Shown piece after piece: positions 29,201-37,006 of a DNA stretch of 64,000 nucleotides. The notes beneath the pieces were generated by a model that saw only the letters and a list, made by a program, of their open reading frames with translations, had not been told where the DNA came from and made no database searches. Each line of letters opens with the position of its first letter. Positions within the stretch are counted from its first letter, which is position 1. The stretch is taken from assembly GCA_965242925.1 (NCBI GenBank), contig CBDEUM010000018.1:32001-96000 (forward strand). Direction: 5' to 3'. Source of the DNA: Roseibacillus sp. (GTDB taxonomy: Bacteria; Verrucomicrobiota; Verrucomicrobiia; Verrucomicrobiales; Akkermansiaceae). A program made the translations under genes and the position numbers.

Positions 29201-32200
29201 CGCATGGTCATTTCCCCCTCTCCGAAGGTGATGGGAGTATTCCGCTCCGGGGTTGGAAAGCGGGCCAGGGTGTACCAGAAGCGTCCGTCGTGGCTTCCGC
29301 GAAGGTGCAGGCGCACGGGAGCCTCCCTTTCGGCATCCGGGGACATGAGGGAGATAGTGTCGACCTCCCGAAGTTCCTTCAGATCGATGGACAGTGTCTT
29401 GGGGGCTGCGCCGTCGGGTTCACTACGCCATGCAGTGTCCTTGCTGTGGTCGATGGCCATCAGCGCGCTGTGGTCGAGGGCGGAGTCACTGGCCCGTGCC
29501 CCGGCGGGAAGTTCCCCGGTGGGCACGGTGCCGCTGAAGATGCCACCGTGCTGGCTTTCTTCCGGGATTTTCGTCTCTACCTGGTCGCCGCTGGAGGCTT
29601 TTAGAACGATGGGCACTCCATCCGGTTCCCTGGTCAGGTCGCGGTCGCCATCCTTCACCTGTGTATAAATGAGATTGCCGGGTTTGATCTGGTCGCGGGG
29701 ACGCTGATGGGCCTTGCCCTGGTCCTCAGCGACCTCCTGGTCCTTTCGTTGCAGGGCTTCCGTGAAGGATTCGTTCTCCTCGTCGAGGATCGCACTGCTG
29801 GCTACGGCGAGGCTGCCGTCGGAGGCCACCTTGAGGCGGGTGGCACTCAGGAATTCGAACTGGAACTCCTTCTTGAACTCGGCCGGATAGTCGACCGTAA
29901 TGGTGTCTCCGCCGGTAACCTCAAGGGTTCCGCTCTCAACCTGGGCCACTCCCAGAGCGGTGGGGAGATCGGACAGGAAGATGCCCTTTCCAGCGCCGCC
30001 GCTGACGAGGAAGGACTTCTCGACATCGCCGCCGGGGTCGGTGCGCACGACCACCGGGATGCGCGTTTCCCCCCGGCTGATCCCGAGATCAGTATCCTGG
30101 ACCACCACCGAAAGGGCCTTCCCCGGAGTGTGCCAGAGCTTCGATTCGCGTCCGAGCCGGCCCACCGTGCGGAGGGTTTCGAGCTGGGTGAGGTAGCGTT
30201 GTTCGATGCCGTAGACCTCAGCCAGGTTGAAGAGAGTTTCGTTGGCGAGTTCAGCGTCCGGAGCGCGTTCGAGGACGGAGAGAAAGATCCTGCGGGCCGC
30301 CACATTGTTTTCCTGCCTGATCTCAAGAACACCAAGCAGGAACTCAGCGCGAATATTGACCTGCGGGTTGGGGTTCTCGGAGAGCTCAAGGAAGATCTCC
30401 CCGGCCTGGTCGTAAACCTTCTGCGCCATGAATGTCTCCCCGATACCGAACCGGGCCTCTACGGCTTCGGGCTGATCCTTGTAGTGATTGAGGACGGAGG
30501 TGAACTCCGCGCGGGCGACATCGTACTGTTGCGAGCGCTGGTAGTTGCGGGCCAGAAGAAGTTGCACGCGGGCCTTGTCCCTGACTTCCACGCTTCCAGA
30601 CTCACCGTTCTTGATAAGCCATCCCCGCAGGATGTCTTCAGCACGCAGGTGATCTGCTTCCGTTCCCTGGCTGATATGGGCCTCCGCCCCGAAGAGGATG
30701 AGTTCGACCGGCAGGTCGGCCTGGTTCTTGTCGAAAAGCTGCCGGTTCCGGTAGTAGGCCTGCTCGGCCAGCTCTTCTTCACCCAGTCGGAGGTGGAGGA
30801 TAATCTGGAGGAGGGGAGCGATGGGGCTGTCTTCCGGAATATCGGCACTGAGGCTGCCCATCTTTCCGTAGGCCTTGCGCAGGAGTGCGCGTGCGTCATT
30901 CAATTCCTTTTCCCCTACCCCGCGAATGATGTGGATCAGGCCGTTGAGAACAGTGGCCCCCATCTGATGATCTCCGCGTGCGATGGCTCCCTGGGCGTAG
31001 GGGTAGATGCGGCGCCAGCTTTCGTGGTGCTGGTTGGAAAAGAGAATGACGCGGTAGGCTTCGCGGAGGCGGGTCATGCCCCTGGGTGCGCTGGCGAGGA
31101 GTTCCAGGGCTGCCTCGGTGCTCACACGTGGCAGGTTGAGGGCGCCGACGATTCGGTAGACCTGGGCCTTCTGGTCGGCATTCCACTCCTTGGAGGCTCG
31201 CGCAGTTTCCAGCCAGCCACGGGCTGGGAGTTCCCCGATGCGACCGGAGCGGAAGGGATGCTTCACCCGCTGCCCGATGGCATTCTTCATGATGAGATCC
31301 ATCCGGGGCAGATCACCGGCCCGGAATGCGAGGTCGGCGAGGGCGTTGGAGTGGGTACCCGGATGGTAGCTGGCGGATGCCTGGCGCAGTTTCAGGAAGG
31401 CGGAGGCCTGGGCGGGTTCCAGCCTGGCTGCTACCCGTTCGGCACAGTTGACGCATTCCTGGTGATCAGGAGCAATGTTCATCCGACCGCGCCACCATGC
31501 GATGGCCTCCTCCTTCATCTCGATTTCCCACATGATGTCACCGATGCGGGTGGTGTGATAGAGCGGATTGGAGCTGAGGGGAGAGGCCTTTGCAATCCAG
31601 GGGAGGGCTTTACGGATAATCATGGGATCGCGCGTGTCGATCAGCCGCTGCCAGGTATTCGGGGTGGTGGCCTGCGGGGGAAAGGTGAGGACATGGCGGG
31701 CGGCGGCGGCCTGCATTTCCTTGGCCTGGTCACTGTAAGTGGCAGCTTCCAGCCACTTCTGGGCTCCTGCGTAGTCCTTGGGGAATTCGGAGCAGAGTTG
31801 ACGGTAATGCTCGGCGGCCTTCTTCTGTGAGGTGCCTCCGAAGTGATGGAGATAGTTGTAGGCGAGTGTGGTGAGGAGGAGGCGGCGCAGCTCCGGAGGC
31901 TGTTTCTGCTGGAGAAGTTGTTTGCAGGCTTGTCCCGACTTTCCGCCGGGTTCCCCGACCTGGACCCACAGGCGAGTGTTGGTTTCATTGCTGAAAGTCT
32001 TGCGTGCACCCTGCCAGGACCGGTTACGCTTGGCGTCCTTGAGGCTCACGTTTGCGATGCGCTCCTGGAAACCCCGCAGGTGGAGATGCTTCCGCGCGCA
32101 TGTCAGGATGAGTTTAATATCCGCAAGGAAGGTGGCCTCGTCAGGGGCGGTTCGGAGGAGGTAGGCAATGGTGTATTCTGCCAGGCTGTCTCCGGTTGGG

Positions 32201-33420
32201 GTATTGGCGAAGTAGTTCCGGGCCATGGCCCGCGCCTTGCCGCCGGCCTCCATGCGTTTGTCGTAGAGATTCAGGGCAAGGACAGCACGGATCGGGCCCG
32301 CATGTTTTGGATTGGCACGAATTGCCCGCAGGAGGGATTGTTCAGACCGGGCGTGGGTTTCTCCGCACCAGGTGACTACGGTTTGCGCCATCTCTGCGCT
32401 CATTGCGGGGATGGCCATGAGTTCTGCACCCAGTTTCAGGGCCCGGGTCAAGTCGCCAGCGCCAGCATGGGCGGAGGCGGCCTTGGCCAGTTGCTGGTAG
32501 CGGTCGTTCGCAGTGGGATAGGCCGCCATGTAATTGCGGGCCTCCCTTTCCACCTCGGCAGGTGGACTCTTGGCCCGGATAAGAGCGTCGATGAGGGTGT
32601 TGTGGGGCTGATGCGTGATGTTGCCGTGCGCCTTCCGGTGGGACGCCACCGCGTTGATGTGTTGTCCAAGCCGTGTCTCGAAGTTGGCTGTGTAGGACCA
32701 GAGTTGGTGTTTTTCCGACCCGATGAGGGGAGCATTGCGTCGCAGAAGAACCTTTGCGAGGGCCAGTCCCTCGGCCCAGAGTTCGGCTTGGTTCGCCATT
32801 TCCAGTCCAATCAGGCCACAGCCGGTCAGGACCGTGTCAACGGGCAACTTGTCCGCCATGCCCTTGGCCAGGGCGGCGGCTTCACGGAAGCCGTCCGCGT
32901 TCTTGGCTGCCTGGAATAGTTTGAGCGCCCGCACTCCCTCGGGGATCACTCCTCCCTGGCGCCAATTGGCATCAAGTTCCCGGGCCGCCTGCAGGGGGCG
33001 GCCGGTTCGCTCGTATGTAGTGGCCATATATTTGCGCACCTCGAGGGTGAGCGCATGGCCGGGAAACATCTCCCGGAACTGGCGCCCCGTGGTGATCACG
33101 TCACTGTGGCGACCTGTAAGGGCGTAGCCTTCGATGAGCTTGACCATCACTGCGGGACGTTCGGGATGTTTGGTTTGTGCCCGGGAGAATTTCCCTGCAG
33201 TCCGGATGATTCCGAAGAGTTTCTCACCTCCCTCGTAGATCCCGATGAGATCGAGCATCATCCGGGCGGCCGGAGGTGAGGATTCCGCGGTTTCCTTGAG
33301 ACGGGCTTCCAGGTGGGCCGCTCGATCCTGACCGGCGGCGGGTGGGATACCCGCGATCAGGACGGGGACAAGGGCGGACAGGATTGACGTTTTCAAGGTG
33401 GAAAGTTTTCTACTCAACAT
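26269..33420 (-). CDS. Giant exported TPR protein (2383 aa) with repeated DxD beta-sandwich modules and discoidin/PA14-like inserts
   Basis: Signal peptide; long helical N-half; BamD/YbgF-like TPRs (YKSIVRGYPEHKLAPDAQYKLGQCY, FVKRFPEEELTAQALFWAGESY); AIDHSKDTAW..L.IDL and GS.DG..W (F5/8 type C-like). Confidence 0.85.
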   Translation of the reverse strand: MLSRKLSTLKTSILSALVPVLIAGIPPAAGQDRAAHLEARLKETAESSPPAARMMLDLIGIYEGGEKLFGIIRTAGKFSRAQTKHPERPAVMVKLIEGYALTGRHSDVITTGRQFREMFPGHALTLEVRKYMATTYERTGRPLQAARELDANWRQGGVIPEGVRALKLFQAAKNADGFREAAALAKGMADKLPVDTVLTGCGLIGLEMANQAELWAEGLALAKVLLRRNAPLIGSEKHQLWSYTANFETRLGQHINAVASHRKAHGNITHQPHNTLIDALIRAKSPPAEVEREARNYMAAYPTANDRYQQLAKAASAHAGAGDLTRALKLGAELMAIPAMSAEMAQTVVTWCGETHARSEQSLLRAIRANPKHAGPIRAVLALNLYDKRMEAGGKARAMARNYFANTPTGDSLAEYTIAYLLRTAPDEATFLADIKLILTCARKHLHLRGFQERIANVSLKDAKRNRSWQGARKTFSNETNTRLWVQVGEPGGKSGQACKQLLQQKQPPELRRLLLTTLAYNYLHHFGGTSQKKAAEHYRQLCSEFPKDYAGAQKWLEAATYSDQAKEMQAAAARHVLTFPPQATTPNTWQRLIDTRDPMIIRKALPWIAKASPLSSNPLYHTTRIGDIMWEIEMKEEAIAWWRGRMNIAPDHQECVNCAERVAARLEPAQASAFLKLRQASASYHPGTHSNALADLAFRAGDLPRMDLIMKNAIGQRVKHPFRSGRIGELPARGWLETARASKEWNADQKAQVYRIVGALNLPRVSTEAALELLASAPRGMTRLREAYRVILFSNQHHESWRRIYPYAQGAIARGDHQMGATVLNGLIHIIRGVGEKELNDARALLRKAYGKMGSLSADIPEDSPIAPLLQIILHLRLGEEELAEQAYYRNRQLFDKNQADLPVELILFGAEAHISQGTEADHLRAEDILRGWLIKNGESGSVEVRDKARVQLLLARNYQRSQQYDVARAEFTSVLNHYKDQPEAVEARFGIGETFMAQKVYDQAGEIFLELSENPNPQVNIRAEFLLGVLEIRQENNVAARRIFLSVLERAPDAELANETLFNLAEVYGIEQRYLTQLETLRTVGRLGRESKLWHTPGKALSVVVQDTDLGISRGETRIPVVVRTDPGGDVEKSFLVSGGAGKGIFLSDLPTALGVAQVESGTLEVTGGDTITVDYPAEFKKEFQFEFLSATRLKVASDGSLAVASSAILDEENESFTEALQRKDQEVAEDQGKAHQRPRDQIKPGNLIYTQVKDGDRDLTREPDGVPIVLKASSGDQVETKIPEESQHGGIFSGTVPTGELPAGARASDSALDHSALMAIDHSKDTAWRSEPDGAAPKTLSIDLKELREVDTISLMSPDAEREAPVRLHLRGSHDGRFWYTLARFPTPERNTPITFGEGEMTMRLYKTQKSKLLQSYAWKDIVSLVEKINPDLEENVTRLSWSPPGEGEDAFFLVWSGRFFQEREGGMRFSVTGQHTGLMIDGRLELPMGEGGREADIYARAGVHTITVVSIVSAGGEAGSATRARDNAQTASVTLRNFNEQDFDLSRAADFPRIEGPLEGLITQQENVWRLSLPSHEMRFLEYQILEYRGEAVAVNHIEVRGGATLHVPPEQDVLQLAGNDILELAPGDTVEVSYLDEITAGGAQRNKLLTARLTATYHNGGITPISYNFIRGGDGSVRGARKELLRIEPGERIVAEVVDYDLDTTSGKDSVEVQVQVNANTRRSLTATETGTSTGIFVAEIDTAAQPDGEKLVVKQGDKIYLRYKDEQNTFPGHASYREAVVLLNEPTEAILQIVDSVKAVEGERTFVPVAATRPTDHVSKIDYYLPLTVEVIDPDQAKDSQSTVTVEVETTQGSRVKVECVLSRGFAPATEEVDQVGNAALWEGRFVGQVPLLLGDLNSAASVPADGTIARPGLGRVLPPPAAEGDLLDGGPEREPGLLVLNVNGQDRFVTRYQDERRPSGEAVERAAHAELATAATLRLTDEEYQEDAEIAYLGKKIYLWLKDPDLDISGERDKALIRVKTGSGEDETLEVEETLSHSGIFSGSFPLKSSTQPAPGNSQGEVECFFGDALTVGYLDNVIHTAEGEPIITVGLPVAVGTDGIMSAFSKVYKNEDLAIQTQFHIAESYFELFKSHLKLEQEEEALANLSLGRRVLREVKEDYPHPRYAPRIAYLLGQFAQELKEWDEAIAAYKSIVRGYPEHKLAPDAQYKLGQCYEQAAQLDEALESYVTLAATYPKSPLIANVMLRINEHFYNKEDYPVAASVGVKFLEKFPNHEWTPKMGFRIGQCHYKDESYEKAGTAFDEFVKRFPEEELTAQALFWAGESYRMDNDVPNAFRRYNLCRWDFPESDAAKYARGRLALPEMLAQFEREANLDDE

Positions 33421-33438
33421 TCGTGAGCGCGCAGGCCG

Positions 33439-35646
33439 CTACTCTTCCGGTGCCGGGGCAACAGCCTTCTTCAGGGCGTCGACAATCTTCTTGGCTTCCG
33501 GCGCGATTTCGCTTTCAGGAAAGTCGTTGATCAACTGGTCGAAACGTCGCCGGGCCTCCTGCTTGCGTCCGAGCTTGTAGAGGCAGCGGCCGTAGTTGAA
33601 GAGGATGACATCGAGAAAGTTGGCGTCGGGGTAGTCGGCGAGCACGTTTTCAAAGACGTCGACGGCCCGGGCGTAATCTTCCTTCTGATAGTAAAAGGCC
33701 GCCATCTTGGCCACCGCATCACCGATGCGGCCAGACTCCGGGAAGTTTTCGTAGACAGCCTGATAGGCGAGGAAGGCCTTCTCGAAGAGCCTTGAGGCCT
33801 GCTCGGCAGTGGACTTGAGAGCCATCGCCTCGTAGCACTCGCCCACGAAGAACTGCCCCTCGCCGCGCAGACTGCTATTGGGAAGTTTCGCGATGGAGGA
33901 ATAGAGTCCGATGGCCCGGGAAAAGTTCTCGCGTTTCCGCTCCACGTGAGCCTGCTGCAGCATTGCTTCGTCAACGAAGGTGCTGGCGGGAAACTCGGTC
34001 TGCAGACGCCGACTCATGGCGAGAGCGAGGTTGAGTTCGTCCATTGCGAAGTAGATCCGCCAGAGCTGGACGTAGGTTTCCTCAAGGAGTTTGCCGCCGG
34101 CCTTTCGGGCCTCCTCCAGAATGCCCTCGCACACGATGAGGGCCTCGCCGTACTTGAGATCAGCCTTTTCCTTCAGGCCGAATTCCTTGTAGTGGTTGCC
34201 TACCTGGGTAAGGGCGGTGGCGGTGCGGAGCTTGGTTTTGAGTTGCAGTTCCTCGTCGGAAATCTCGGTGCGGGTCACTCGCATCTCTCCCAGGTTGCCC
34301 TCAATCACCCGGGCCTCGGCGGTGCGCGTGAGGGAGTCCTCGCCGAGGTGCCGCTTGTCGAGGTAGACCAGTCGCACCACCTGTCCGGGGTCGGCATGGA
34401 GGGCGTCGGGCACTCCGCTCCCCGGATGCAGGGGGACGGCAAGGCGAAAGACCCCGTTTTCAGCACTTTCACGCAGTTGAACCGGAAGCGAGCGCACCAG
34501 CTTGAGCGGATCGATCAGGTCCTTGAGGGTCCCATCCTCGGGGGCTTCTTCCAGTTCGCCGTTGGCCACCCTTTCCGCGATCTCCTCGTCGATCTCATCG
34601 GGAGTCTTGCGGCTGTAGACCTGCACGGTGGCCTCCAGGCGGTCGGCCTGCGGGGTGAGGTCGTGGTCGGCATCGGAGACCTGGAGGTGGAGGCGCTTGC
34701 CCAGGACCGCAGCCTGGAGGTCGTGCTGGTAGGTTCCATCCGCGATGCGGGCGATGCCGTTCCCAATTACCAGGACTTCCTTGAGGCGCTGCTCGTTGGT
34801 GCCCTTGTCGGTGGTGTGCCTGTCGAGGTAGATGACAGTGATGAGGTCTCCTCCCCGCACCTCGAGAATTCCATTGCCTGGTTCAGGGCTTCCAAGCTGT
34901 GTCACAATGCTGCCCAGGGTTATCTTGGCATTCCGTCCGACAGTATCGCAGAGAATCTTTTCCCGGTCCCCCGTCTTCGTCTGGCAGATCACTTCGACCT
35001 GCTCTCCCGGTTCCAGGATGGCGAAGTCCCTGTCATCGATCTTGATGAAGAGGCGTTTGCCGGCCTCCACTTTTTCGATTCTGGCATCGTTGTCGGAAAG
35101 GGCGGTGCCCACCTTCTCAAGTGCTTCGATGGCACGGCTGTAGTGCCCCTGTTTGAAGTGGCCAAGCCCGATATAGTAGTAGGCCTCATTGACTTCGGAC
35201 GCCGCGGGAAAGTTCTCGATCACCTGCCGCATGATCTTGAAGCAGTTGCCGTAACGCCCCGCCTCATAGTAGCAGGTGCCCGTGTTCAGGAAGGCGTAGG
35301 CCCGCAATTGGTCGTTGGGATTGGCCTCCTGGGCGGCGGCCTGATAGTGGGCGCGGGCCTTGTCGAACTGGCGCAGTTCCTGCAGGAGATGATCGGCGAG
35401 ACGCAGGTGTGCCTCGAAGCGGACCGGGCTGCGCGGGTAGCGCTCGATGACCGATTCCCAGATCTCAAGGGCCTTTTCATTTTCTCCCACCTCGAGTCGG
35501 GCATCCCCCGCTTGCAGGAGCTTGCGGGCGGCCCGGTCTTCAACGATGGATCCGCGTTCTGCGGCTGCCGGCTGCTGGGCAACGGCCACCGGGAGGAAGG
35601 TGGCAAAGGGAAGGCAGGCGAAGAGTGAGAGAACGGCGCGTGGCAC
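33439..35646 (-). CDS. Exported TPR protein with two DxD beta-sandwich modules
   Basis: GTG start 7 nt after the DUF1501 stop; signal peptide; TPRs (VIERYPRS, VIENFPAA..NEAYYYIG, LINDFPESEIA); central DxD...GD.I.V.YLD modules. Confidence 0.85.
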   Translation of the reverse strand: MPRAVLSLFACLPFATFLPVAVAQQPAAAERGSIVEDRAARKLLQAGDARLEVGENEKALEIWESVIERYPRSPVRFEAHLRLADHLLQELRQFDKARAHYQAAAQEANPNDQLRAYAFLNTGTCYYEAGRYGNCFKIMRQVIENFPAASEVNEAYYYIGLGHFKQGHYSRAIEALEKVGTALSDNDARIEKVEAGKRLFIKIDDRDFAILEPGEQVEVICQTKTGDREKILCDTVGRNAKITLGSIVTQLGSPEPGNGILEVRGGDLITVIYLDRHTTDKGTNEQRLKEVLVIGNGIARIADGTYQHDLQAAVLGKRLHLQVSDADHDLTPQADRLEATVQVYSRKTPDEIDEEIAERVANGELEEAPEDGTLKDLIDPLKLVRSLPVQLRESAENGVFRLAVPLHPGSGVPDALHADPGQVVRLVYLDKRHLGEDSLTRTAEARVIEGNLGEMRVTRTEISDEELQLKTKLRTATALTQVGNHYKEFGLKEKADLKYGEALIVCEGILEEARKAGGKLLEETYVQLWRIYFAMDELNLALAMSRRLQTEFPASTFVDEAMLQQAHVERKRENFSRAIGLYSSIAKLPNSSLRGEGQFFVGECYEAMALKSTAEQASRLFEKAFLAYQAVYENFPESGRIGDAVAKMAAFYYQKEDYARAVDVFENVLADYPDANFLDVILFNYGRCLYKLGRKQEARRRFDQLINDFPESEIAPEAKKIVDALKKAVAPAPEE

Positions 35647-35653
35647 GATGCTC

Positions 35654-36907
35654 TTATACGAGCAGTTCCCGGATGGGCTGTCCATCTTTCCGCAATAACC
35701 GCATGGGCCTGCCCTGCTGGGTGATGATTTCCCGGTTGTGATCGATTCCGAGGGCGTGGCAGACGGTGGCGTGGAGGTCAAAAGGCTTCACCGGACGTTC
35801 GGCCGGGTCCATCCCGTCCTCGTCGGATGCCCCGATGATGGTGCCGCCCTTGATGCCGCCGCCAGCCATGAAGGCACTGAAGACCCGGGCCCAGTGGTCA
35901 CGTCCACCCCCGTCGTTGATGCGTGGCGTCCGTCCGAACTCGGAGAGGACCAGCACCAGGGTCTTGCTTAGCAGGCCGTTGGCCTTGAGGTCGCTCAGGA
36001 GAGAGGCGAGGGCGGGATCCATGGTTGCCCCGTGGTTGCGCATGGCTTCGAAGATGGTGCCGTGGTTGTCAAAGCCGCCGCGGTTGACCTGGACAAAGCG
36101 TACGCCTTTTTCCACCAGGCGTCGCGCGAGGAGGGCGCCTCGTCCGAACTCGGTGTTGCCATAGCGCTCCACCGTGGCGGGATTCTCCTCGTTCAACTCG
36201 AAGGCTTTCAGAGCAGGACTTTCCATCAGGGCAATGGCATCCTTGAGAGCAGTTTCGGAGGCCTTGAGCTTGCGGGCATCGAGCTGGTCCGACGTGCGCG
36301 CATTCATTCTCGCGAGGATCTCAAGGCGCTTCTTTCCGCGTGCGTGGTGAATGCCCTCGGGGAAGGCGAGGTAGGGATCCTTTTCGCCGGGACGGCCCAC
36401 GTAGTAGGCTTCACACTGCTGGCCGAGGTAGCCTGCGCGGGCCGGGTTGCCACTGATGCTGATGTAGGCAGGAAGGTCGCCCAGGGGATCGCGCTCGTGC
36501 ACAACGATGGAGCCGAGGCCGGGGTGCATCACGTTGGGAGCCTGATTGAAGCCGGTCTGCAATTCATACTGTGCGCGCCCGTGGTCTCCATTGGTTCCCC
36601 GGATGGAGCGAATGAGAGCCGCGTTGTGCATCTGTCTGGCAAGTTCCGGAAAGATCTCGGAGATCTCCATCCCGGGCACGCTGGTCTTGATCGGGTTGAA
36701 TTCACCCTGCACCGGGCGTCCTGGCTTGGGATCCCAGGTGTCAAGGTGGCTCATGCCCCCGCTGTTCCAGAAGAGGATCACGTGTTCGGCAGTGCCACCT
36801 TTTCCGGGCGTCGCGGCGAGGAGATTGCTGATGGGCATTCCCAGAATTGAAGCGCTGAACATCTTCAGCATGTTTCTTCTGGTGTGGACGTAATCCTGGC
36901 AGCTCAT
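35654..36907 (-). CDS. DUF1501 family protein (third paralog)
   Basis: TRRNML; HVILFWNSGGMSHLDTWDPK; ALLARRLVEKGVRFVQV..GGFD.H; SEFGRTPRIN..GGRDHW; MAGGGIKGG.IIGASD. Confidence 0.93.
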   Translation of the reverse strand: MSCQDYVHTRRNMLKMFSASILGMPISNLLAATPGKGGTAEHVILFWNSGGMSHLDTWDPKPGRPVQGEFNPIKTSVPGMEISEIFPELARQMHNAALIRSIRGTNGDHGRAQYELQTGFNQAPNVMHPGLGSIVVHERDPLGDLPAYISISGNPARAGYLGQQCEAYYVGRPGEKDPYLAFPEGIHHARGKKRLEILARMNARTSDQLDARKLKASETALKDAIALMESPALKAFELNEENPATVERYGNTEFGRGALLARRLVEKGVRFVQVNRGGFDNHGTIFEAMRNHGATMDPALASLLSDLKANGLLSKTLVLVLSEFGRTPRINDGGGRDHWARVFSAFMAGGGIKGGTIIGASDEDGMDPAERPVKPFDLHATVCHALGIDHNREIITQQGRPMRLLRKDGQPIRELLV

Positions 36908-36916
36908 TTCGGGAGA

Positions 36917-36947
36917 GGTTCAAGTTTCAGGTTCAAAGTTTCAAGGT
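36917..36947. repeat. Short degenerate tandem repeat (TTGAAAC-like units on the minus strand)
   Basis: Minus strand ttgaaac-tttgaac-ctgaaac-ttgaac immediately upstream of the DUF1501 start. Confidence 0.4.
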
Positions 36948-37006
36948 GCGAGGATTGGAGAATTGGACACTGGGGATCGTTTCGAAATGAAAAGGTGGAG
37001 TTTCTG

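Noticed and set aside
33439..35781. Long N-terminal extensions from the ORF track (starts 35781, 3717, 25631, 55171, 49761)
   Set aside because: They overlap upstream genes or lack family similarity; downstream starts give proper signal peptides or translational coupling.
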